The notes under the pieces are model-generated. The model saw only the letters and a list, made by a program, of their open reading frames with translations, searched no databases and was not told the DNA's origin. From Takakia lepidozioides (Eukaryota > Plantae > Bryophyta), in contig CM060732.1 in the NCBI GenBank assembly GCA_030704615.1, positions 68,448,001-68,512,000 of the forward strand: a stretch of 64,000 bases of DNA, given 5' to 3'. How positions within the stretch are numbered: the first letter of the stretch is position 1; each line of letters opens with the position of its first letter. Below are positions 9,493 to 18,209 of this stretch, piece after piece. The position numbers and the translations under genes are program-made.

Positions 9493-12400
9493 CAACCACG
9501 GGACGCGTCCTCTACCTCTAAGCCCACTGGACTTAAGGTTGTAGTTACGGAGGACAATTGGGAGCCTGACATTGGACCCATTGTCACCGGAGGAGAGAGA
9601 CGACGTATATGGCGGTTCCTGAGGGCTTACAGGAATTGCTTTGCCTTCAGTTTGAAGGACTTGGGAGCACTGAAGGGTCAAGAGATCCGTATTGAGTTGG
9701 CCACTGACACGCCAATCTTTCGGAGACCCTATAGATACAGTGACATGGAGAGGTCTTTGATTCAGATGAGGACTCAAGATCTCTGGGAGGCAGGTTTGGT
9801 GGAGCTCTCTGGTGGAGAGTATGCTTCAGCCACAGTGATGCCAGCCAAGAAGGATGTCTATGGCAATTGGACGGAGAGACGTATGTGCGGTGATTACCGG
9901 CCTGTAAATCGTCAGACCAAGTCCGATAAGTATGCCATGCCAACACCAGAGGAGATCTTTGATGCCATCGGGCATGCTAAGGCCTTTAGCACTTTGGATT
10001 TACGATCCGGATATCACCAGTTGCCAATCAAGGAGGCGGACAAGCAGAAGACGGCATTCTGGGGGATCAATGAGCACGGCAAGGATTGCCTATATCAGTG
10101 GCGGTTCTTACCATTTGGGCTTAAGAATGCTCCTGCAGAGTTTCAGAGAGTCATGGATAGGATTCTAGCAGGGGTGGACTTTGCTCGGTGCTACATAGAT
10201 GACATCATCATCTTTAGTGTTACGATGGAGGAGCATGAGAGACACCTTCAGGTGGTATTGGAGCGCTTGAGAGCGCACAGATTGAAGTTGCATCCGGGGA
10301 AGTGCAAGTTTTTCCACAACCAGATTGAGTATCTGGGTCACATGATATATCCTGGAGGATTGGGGGTACAGCAGACTAAGGTAGAGGCCATTGCACAAAT
10401 TCCACGCCCCACGGATGTGAGCCGAGTTCGAGCGTTCATGGGGTTGGCAAACTATTATAGACGGTTTGTCAAGGGATTTAGTACCATTGCAAAGGCTCTA
10501 ACCAAGCTGACCAAGGTGGACCAGGAGTGGCAGTGGGAAGATGAGCAGGAACGAGCTTTTCAAGAGCTCAAGGCGAGGTTGACCTCGGCGCCTATCTTGA
10601 GACGACCTATCAGGGGGCGTCCCTTTCAGCTGCATACGGATTGGAGCATGCTGGGGCTTGGAGCGGTGCTCACACAGGTGGATGATGAGGGAAGAGAGTT
10701 CGTAGTGGCTTACGCTAGCCGCTCGAACAACGCTGCAGAGGCTAAGTACAGCTCATATGAGGGAGAGTGCTTAGCTGCAGTGTGGGCCGTGGCACACTTC
10801 AGGTGCTATCTATACGGCAATCTTTTCACCCTTGTCACGGATCACCAGCCACTCAAGTGGTTGATGGAGTCAGACAAGCTTACAGGGAAGCTTGCACGGT
10901 GGGCACTTATACTCCAGGAATATGACTTTCAGGTTGTGCATCGACCGGGTTTTGTCAATCGGGATGCGGATGGATTGAGTCGCAATCCATGCATGAGCCA
11001 GCAGGATGACACTGGAGCTCGGTGGCATGGTGAGACGGACGAGGAGATGGTGCCGGGATGGCACGCATCTGCATTTTTGTGTATCTTGGCATCGGGAGGT
11101 CAGATTGGACCTACAACAGGGATGACTGTAGACGGAGTGTCTGAGGACCCTGAGGCTAGTGATGAGCTAGGTGGTGCCAGAGATATACATGAGGATTCGG
11201 CTGTGTTGGACTACCTCCGCACGGGAGACACGGCAGCCATTGTGACTGCCAAGGAGAGGGATCGGATCCTGCAACGAGCCAAGAGGTTCAAGTGGGAGGG
11301 GATACACCTACTTCGAGTGTGGGAGGGTGGTCGGGTGAGGATTGTGCCTCACCCCACACAGCGTGCACGGTTAGTGCGGCATGCCCATGAGGAGTTGGGG
11401 CATTTTGGAGTGCGACGCACTCACAGTTTACTGCAGGGGCAGTATTGGTGGCGTGGTATGCATACAGAGGTGCAACAGTTTGTGGCTAGGTGCATGGTGT
11501 GTGACAGGGTGCGTGCTTCATTCAACGCCCCTACACCACAGTTGCATCCTTTACCTATCATGGGATTGGGCTACAGGTGGAGTCTTGACTTCGCAGGACC
11601 GTTGCCACTGACTATGCGCCACCACAGATATGTGTTGGTGATGGTGGAGCACTTCTCCAAGTGGATTGAGTTGGTTCCATTGCCTGACAAGGCTAGTGAG
11701 GGGGCTACGTATGCATTCTTGGATCGTGTGCTTAGCCGATTTGGTGCTCCAGCTGAGGTACTCACGGACCAAGGGAGAGAGTTCTTGGGGGAGTTTCAGG
11801 CTTTGTGTGATAAAGCCTTGATCGACCACCGCACCACTTCTCGGGATCATCCTGAGGCCGATGGCTTAGCAGAGAGAGTTGTTCAGACGGTGAAGAGGGG
11901 TTTGCGCAAGTATGGCTTGCAGAAGGGACACCTAGGAGATTGGGATCTTCAGGTTCCTTGGTTAGCCATGGGCTACAGGTTCAGCAAACAAGCATCACTT
12001 GCCTCCTTCTCACCATATTTCCTTCTCTTTGGCCGAGAGCCGGATTTGCCTGCAGCCATTCGTAGGGACACTGCTCAAGTCCTTAACCTTGACGATCCGG
12101 ACGTGTGGGTACGTGCATGTGATCAGCGTGCAGAGTTGTTCAAGAAAGTCATGCCCATGGCTTTTGAGAACCTTGCCATTGCACAACACCGTGATACGTT
12201 GAGGTATGCTACTATACGTGGTGGAGGATATCGTCCTGGGGTTCGGAGGTTTAGCCCTGGTGACTATGTTTATTTGCAGCAGACTGCTCCTACGACTCTG
12301 GATGTTACTGCAGGGCGTGTTATTCTGAGGGTTCGAGAGGTGTTGCCCTCAGGGGTCCTGATCTTGGAGGGTCGGGATGGCATGACTTGGAAGGACCATG

Positions 12401-12627
12401 TGCGTAATTGTGCGCCATGTCACCTTCCCAATGTCGATGGCAGAGTTGACCCAAACTTGGCAGTGGTACCTGCAGGTTTGAGGTGCATGCTCTGTGGGTC
12501 TGCCAAAGGGGCAGCCACCATGCTGGTGTGTGATCGATGCTCAAGGGGTTGGCATATGGGATGCTTGACACCACCTCTTGAGAAGGTTCCTGACGGAGAT
12601 TGGTTGTGTCCACACTGCTTGGGATAG
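9493..12627 (+). CDS. Pol: reverse transcriptase, RNase H, integrase, C-terminal PHD finger; in frame with the upstream ORF across a single TAG
   Basis: RT LPFGLKNAP and YIDDII; RNase H LHTDWS...EGECLA...TDHQPL; integrase HEELGH/CMVC plus DFAGP/TDQGREF/GLAERV; PHD CMLC...CDRC...WHMGC...WLCPHC. No stop codon between 9493 and 9652. Confidence 0.95.
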   Translation, partial: QPRDASSTSKPTGLKVVVTEDNWEPDIGPIVTGGERRRIWRFLRAYRNCFAFSLKDLGALKGQEIRIELATDTPIFRRPYRYSDMERSLIQMRTQDLWEAGLVELSGGEYASATVMPAKKDVYGNWTERRMCGDYRPVNRQTKSDKYAMPTPEEIFDAIGHAKAFSTLDLRSGYHQLPIKEADKQKTAFWGINEHGKDCLYQWRFLPFGLKNAPAEFQRVMDRILAGVDFARCYIDDIIIFSVTMEEHERHLQVVLERLRAHRLKLHPGKCKFFHNQIEYLGHMIYPGGLGVQQTKVEAIAQIPRPTDVSRVRAFMGLANYYRRFVKGFSTIAKALTKLTKVDQEWQWEDEQERAFQELKARLTSAPILRRPIRGRPFQLHTDWSMLGLGAVLTQVDDEGREFVVAYASRSNNAAEAKYSSYEGECLAAVWAVAHFRCYLYGNLFTLVTDHQPLKWLMESDKLTGKLARWALILQEYDFQVVHRPGFVNRDADGLSRNPCMSQQDDTGARWHGETDEEMVPGWHASAFLCILASGGQIGPTTGMTVDGVSEDPEASDELGGARDIHEDSAVLDYLRTGDTAAIVTAKERDRILQRAKRFKWEGIHLLRVWEGGRVRIVPHPTQRARLVRHAHEELGHFGVRRTHSLLQGQYWWRGMHTEVQQFVARCMVCDRVRASFNAPTPQLHPLPIMGLGYRWSLDFAGPLPLTMRHHRYVLVMVEHFSKWIELVPLPDKASEGATYAFLDRVLSRFGAPAEVLTDQGREFLGEFQALCDKALIDHRTTSRDHPEADGLAERVVQTVKRGLRKYGLQKGHLGDWDLQVPWLAMGYRFSKQASLASFSPYFLLFGREPDLPAAIRRDTAQVLNLDDPDVWVRACDQRAELFKKVMPMAFENLAIAQHRDTLRYATIRGGGYRPGVRRFSPGDYVYLQQTAPTTLDVTAGRVILRVREVLPSGVLILEGRDGMTWKDHVRNCAPCHLPNVDGRVDPNLAVVPAGLRCMLCGSAKGAATMLVCDRCSRGWHMGCLTPPLEKVPDGDWLCPHCLG

Positions 12628-12876
12628 TGGCAGTGGACATGACTGGAGGCAGCTAACAAGACATGGGAGGCCAAGCTCATAGGAGTCAATACATGAGATC
12701 CCAAGCTCAAGTTCACAGGTTGCAAGACGGCGACTAACGATGGGGCAACTCTTGCACCCGGCCTCTTGATCTATCGAGTTTGAGTGTAGTAGGGATAGTG
12801 GTGGAGGACTTAGTGAGGCTATGGTCACTATCACATCTTGTGGCTACCTGGACTTAGAGGGACCTAAGCACCAGCT

Positions 12877-12887
12877 AGGGGGGCGAT
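12877..12887 (+). promoter_or_regulatory. Polypurine tract (PPT)
   Basis: AGGGGGGCGAT immediately before the TG of repeat A at 12888. Confidence 0.75.
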
Positions 12888-13075
12888 TGTGTGGACTAGT
12901 GACTGCCATAGTGGGCAGCGTAGTGGCAGCCTAGTGACTGACTAGTTGTAGCCTAGTGGTTGGACTAGTGGCTAGACTAGTGGTAGACTAGTGGTATACT
13001 AGTGTGTGGTGTGCACATGTGTTGTGTGGTTTTGGACAGCGATGTAGTTGTGTAGCGATATGTATGCGCACGACA
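12888..13075 (+). repeat. Terminal repeat A, copy 1 (188 bp, TG...CA)
   Basis: Identical by eye to 13406-13593; rich in ACTAGT/CTAG motifs. Confidence 0.95.
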
Positions 13076-13077
13076 GC

Positions 13078-13404
13078 TGTCAAGTTATTTTACCACTAGT
13101 GTGAAACTAGCTAGGAAATAGCTAGCTTTTACATATTGACATTTGGGATTGGCCCAAGTGTCAATCCAGGGGTCAAAGCAGATTTAGGCCCTGGAGTGGT
13201 TATCTTCACGGCAAGCGCGGGAGGCTCATCTTTCTCGAGTTGAGCCTCACCGCGCCTAGCTATGGCGCCGTAGTGTGGATTCCCCATGGCGTGGGGTGCA
13301 CTTGGCTTGACTTGTATTTGAGTGATGAGGTTATATATGCATGAGTTTATGCTTCAGCTTTGTGAGCTCGCATGAGCTCGTGCTTGTATTCTTCTTCTTT
13401 ATCA
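13078..13404 (+). repeat. Terminal repeat B, copy 2
   Basis: Matches 1562-1888; joined to A through the palindrome GACA-GC-TGTC. Confidence 0.95.
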
Positions 13405-13405
13405 T

Positions 13406-13593
13406 TGTGTGGACTAGTGACTGCCATAGTGGGCAGCGTAGTGGCAGCCTAGTGACTGACTAGTTGTAGCCTAGTGGTTGGACTAGTGGCTAGACTAGTG
13501 GTAGACTAGTGGTATACTAGTGTGTGGTGTGCACATGTGTTGTGTGGTTTTGGACAGCGATGTAGTTGTGTAGCGATATGTATGCGCACGACA
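13406..13593 (+). repeat. Terminal repeat A, copy 2 (element right end)
   Basis: Matches 12888-13075; followed by TSD GCCT. Confidence 0.95.
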
Positions 13594-13599
13594 GCCTAC

Positions 13600-15693
13600 C
13601 TCCCGCATGTACTGTCCGAACTGTCGATACCAAAAATGCCACCACCCCAACCAGCTGTGCAATGCTCCCAGATTGGTTGTCTCCACTGCACCTGACGTGT
13701 TCCACCAAGCCTCGATGATAGCAAACTTAACCTCCGCGTCATCAAATGTGGGTGCATCCTTCCACGCCGTACAAAGGACACGGTGTTCAGCCTGGAATGA
13801 GCTAGCAACAAATTTGGTAGTGTAGTGGGATAGACTCTGCATCCAATGGAATCCACAGGATCTCTCTTTCCCCTCCATTGGAACATTGGGGTCCTCACCG
13901 TACACACGCCGCACCGCTGCCCAGTTGGCCTGAGCGTTGTCTGCCATGAATCCCCTGAAATTGGGCTCTGGCAATCCCGCCCTTGCCATCTGCTCGTTTA
14001 TGCCCTCCCACAGATGCATCTCGGACTGTGTGTCCTCCCCTTTCATCTCGCAGATTGCAATCGTCATGAGCCTCTTGGAGTGATAGTCATAAACATGCGC
14101 ACCCATAGTCACCCACTGATGGTTTGTAATTCGCTTGATGTGATCAAACATCACCCAAGCATTCGACAAGTTTCCAGTTGTCATGCGAGTGACCAAGTCG
14201 ACTCCACTCCCAGGCCCACACGTCGACATTTTGAAAATGTAACAACGATCGGATTCGCTGCTTTGCCCTGGAAACCTGCTACCTTGGATGTAGTCATATC
14301 CAGTCATTCGTTTCACCTCCAGGATTGAGTACATGTCCGACCCCCTGCCGAACTCCTGCTTGCAAGATACGATGTGATTCCGCACATTCGGACTACAAAC
14401 GTGCGAGACGGACTCCAAGAGGTCCCGCATCTCGTCTTTGGTCAAGGGCTCTCGGTCGGAACCATCTTCAGACATGATTTTGCCAAGAGCAATCTTGTGA
14501 GCTGCCTTCAGCTGAATCTGCTTTGGTCTGGCTCCGGGGCTCAATTTCACCTCCTCTTTTATGATGTCGTGTGCTTCCTGCACAGCCTCACGCATGTTGC
14601 CTCTCGCCAAGGGGTGGCAGTGGACCCCAACGTGTATGCAAGCTCTAGTCAAGTCCGGGAGCAAATGGATAACGTAGTATTGCTTGGCTCTGCACATGGA
14701 CATGCACGTTGGTGGTTCTTTGCAATGTGCACACTTGAAAGAACCCGCAGGAGCTTGGCTGGAGACAATGAATGGATGATGCGTTGTGCCAGTCCAATCC
14801 GTCTCGTTTCTCCGCCCTCCTTTGGAGAGAAAGTGGAAGCAGGTGGGATTGAGGCACCTCAGCTTCCCCGCACAGAGGACATATCGTACACGAACACCAT
14901 CAGCAATTTTCGTGCTACTGGTCTTCGTCACACACCAGGGGTGTCCGTCATGCTTTCGATCCATGTCTGTTAACATCCCGGAGGCTTTCTTTGACGAAGA
15001 AACAGGTGGAAACTCGAAGATGACATTGCCATCGACTTTGGGAGGCAGAAACGTTACCTTTCTGACTGGGAATTTGGCATAGTCGAGAGCAGCCAGCTCG
15101 GAGCGAGAACCATCGAGGTGATGTTGTCATAGGAGCTGCACAATGGACCGGGTTGGAGTTATGCTCGAGGGCACATTCGTAGCACCTACAGAGACGTCCA
15201 TGCCGGATTTGAACGACCGTGTGGAGGACATGGGTACCTCAATGCAATCATCTTCCTCGTCGGAAATGTCGAATACGTCCACACGAGAAGCTATGGAGGG
15301 TCTTGACGGTCCAGGTCGGGAATGATTATCGTTGCATACCTCTCTGTTGGCAGTGGCCGCCTCTCGGTTTCCGGACTCCTTTGTGGATGGTGTGGGCAGC
15401 GACTGATTCGGAAAGGGAATGGGCATTCCCACAGCTCGGTACAGGATGGTGTCTGACGGGGGAACGTGCCATTCGATTCCGCAACCTCCGTCGTTACCTA
15501 GCACGACAATGGTCTCGTCAACCTGTCCAGGAACATCCTTCCTTTCTTCTTCCAAATAAACTGTGCCCGGTTTGAGCTTGAATTTGGAACAAAGGTAAGT
15601 TTCAGTCACTCTGCAAAGTCCTCCCTCGTTTGGGATCCAGGCTCTCCCAAGTTGCGGAGGACAGCAAACTATAGCGTAGGAATTCGGAGCCAT
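13600..15693 (-). pseudogene. 5' exon of family-1 MULE transposase (GCM-like Zn-binding domain + DDE core); frameshift near 15130
   Basis: HDGHPWCVTKTS...CAGKLRCLNPTC...CAHC...HVGVHCHP, then VMFDHIKR, FMADNAQAN, SCGFHW (MULE D..D..CxxH). Splice donor GTAGGC after MRE. Confidence 0.85.
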
Positions 15694-16119
15694 CGAACAC
15701 CGCACGGAGTTGGCAAGTGCGAGGTTCAGTATAGCGACAGACCAAGGCTCACAGGCACCATCTAAGTGGATCTGCGGAGTCCATCGACGATTGGAAGTCG
15801 CACATTGAAGTGGAAAGTATTGTTTCAAGCTACATGCATGAAGGTGGGAGGTTTGATTCCATAGCCAGTGAGTATGACAATGATGGCCGATTCGGCGACG
15901 AAATAACATCTCCTGACAGTTTCTCCTGAGGGTGGATCCAGCAGTATTCTCGGTGCAGACAGGAACGTTCGCACTGACAAGTGCCAGGACTGCTGGTTAA
16001 AACTGTCACACAACCAAGTTGTGATCATCAAGACTGGCCGCAATTGTGTTGTTTCGGAACAATGCAACCCATTCAGGTTCCAGATTTCCCGTCCCGAGTG
16101 ATTCTTTCGATTGCTGGTG

Positions 16120-17775
16120 GACGGAAATACGGCGCCGTATTTCCGTATTGCATCTTGGTCATGCACCAGAGCGACGGAAATGCGGCACCGGTTTCCGTCC
16201 GGGGAAACCTTTATACTCTCCAGAACGGAAATGCGGTAACGCATTTCCATCCAGCAAGCACGGTATGTGAAGGTCGAACGGAAATGCGGTACCGCATTTC
16301 CGTTCTGATTGAGATTTATGAACAATGGGAACAGAAATGCGGCACCGCATTTCCATCCGAGTCGCACTTTTCCGACATTTCAGAACGGAAAAGCGGCGCC
16401 GCATTTCCATTTTGTATCTGATGCATGGAGCTGAGGGATTGAAATGCTGCAGCACATTTCCGTCCTTAAAATACATTCATACTCTCCAGAACGGAAATGC
16501 GGTACCGCATTTCCGTTCTGATTGAGATTTACGAACAACGGGAACAGAAATGCGGCACCGCATTTCCGTCCGAGTCGCACTTTTCGACATTCCAGAACGG
16601 AAATGCGGCGCCGCATTTCCATTTTGTATCTGATGCATGGAGCCGAGTGCGATTCCGACAGCTTCATACAGCGCAATTCCGACCGCTTGAGACATTTATA
16701 CTATCCAGAACGGAAATGCGGCAACGCATTTCCGTTCTGACTGAAAATCGTGAACCATCTGAACTAAAATGCGGCACCGTATTTCCATCCAAGTCGCACC
16801 TACCAACATTTCAGAACGGAAATGCGGTACCGCATTTCCGTTCTGACTGAAAATCGTGAACCGTCGGAATTGAAATGCGGCAACGCATTTCCATCCGAGT
16901 CGCACCTCCCAACATTCCAGAACGGAATGTATTAGATTCAAAAGGGAAATGCGGCACCGCATTTCCGTTCTGATGAAATATCCTGAAACCTCGGAACTGA
17001 AATGCGGTACCGCATTTCCGTGGGAGTCGCGCCTTCCGACATTCCAAAACGGAAATGCGGCGCCGCATTTCCGTTTTGTATGTGAGGCATGGAGCTGTGG
17101 AACGAAAATGCGGCACGAAATTTCCGCCAGCGTCAGACGTTAATACTCTACAGAACGGAAATGCGGTACCGCATTTCCATTCTGACTGAAAATCGTGCGC
17201 AACGGGAACAGAAATCCGGCACCGCATTTCCGTTCGAGTCGCACCTTCCGACATTCTAGAACGGAAATGCGGCGCCGCATTTCCGTTTTGTATATTGGGC
17301 CTGGAGCTGTGCTACGAAAATGTGTACCCGCATTTCCATCCATGTGAGACCTTCAAACTTTCCGGACCGGAAATGCGGCACCGCATTTCTGTCCAGGTGA
17401 GACCTCTATACTTTCCCGAACGGAAATGTGGCACGGCATTTCCATTCATCATCTAACGGATGTGAAGTGGGAACGGAAATGCGGTACCGCATTTCCGTTC
17501 ACATTGAAAATCATGAACCACGGGAACTGAAATGTTGTGCCTCATTCCCGTCCCAATCGCACCTTTCGACATTCCAGAACGGAAATGCGGCGCCGCATTT
17601 CCCTTTTGAATCTCATACTTGGAGCTGTGGGACGGAAATGCGGCACCGTATTTCCGTTCAACAACTAAGGTATGTGAAGGTGGAACGGAAATGCGGTGCC
17701 GCATTTTCTTCCAACAAGTACGGATGTGTAGCAGAGTGATCGTACTTAACGGAAATGCGGCGCCGCATTCGCATT
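16120..17775. repeat. Array of about 30 palindromes GGAAATGCGG-NN-CCGCATTTCC spaced about 52-54 bp apart
   Basis: Copies near 16122, 16175, 16227, 16280, 16334, 16387, 16440, 16493, 16547, 16599 ... 17751. Spacers recur in higher-order blocks. Lies between the two divergent genes. Confidence 0.95.
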
Positions 17776-18209
17776 TTCGCTCCAACTGATCAGACGCTGG
17801 GACGGAAATACCTTGAAATGTGAACACGTGGAGCAACGGAATTGCTGCACATGTCGGCACTCTATCTGACTGAAGGGGCATGAGGCGGCGCGGCCTGACC
17901 GTTCGATAATGATGTTTGTTTTTCGGACGGCAGGCGTACCCTCAACGATTCGAATTTCGTAATGACGCAAACTCCCCGAGGAGACACTGTCGTCCAACCC
18001 TTTCGAACCCAAGTGGTGCATCACCGCCGTTTCATCTACTTTTGTCGTGTCTCCTCAGTCACCCCTCTCGCGCTCCTTTCCATCTGCACTCTTTGGCCCT
18101 TTTCCCTCTCTCTGTTCTTCTTATGCTCGAACCTGAGAGGGGGGGAGTTCGTGCACCAGCCAGGAGACCTCGTCGCAAGCTCCGGAAATTATACTTCGGA
18201 CGTAGGCCA

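Larger units (their letters stand above)
1562..13593 (+). mobile_element. Intact Ty3/Gypsy-type retrotransposon encoding a C5 DNA methyltransferase and a PHD finger, with split terminal repeats (B-internal-A-B-A)
   Basis: Termini TGTC...GACA, 4-bp TSD GCCT (1558-1561 and 13594-13597), domain order gag-PR-DNMT-RT-RH-INT. Removing the element restores a GT...AG intron of the MULE transposase. Confidence 0.93.

Noticed and set aside
1562-13593. DIRS/Ngaro/PAT element, suggested by split repeats and a methyltransferase
   Set aside because: It encodes an aspartic protease and a DDE integrase, has a TSD, and shows no tyrosine recombinase; the MTase is C5-type.
16120-17775. CRISPR array (22-bp palindromic repeats with about 30-bp spacers)
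   Set aside because: Spacers recur in higher-order blocks, repeats also occur singly in introns, there are no cas genes, and the context is eukaryotic.
15825-17881. Many short ORFs with MRHRIS/CGTAFP/GNAVPHF motifs (also 23339-24277)
   Set aside because: They are artefacts of the palindrome arrays read in six frames.
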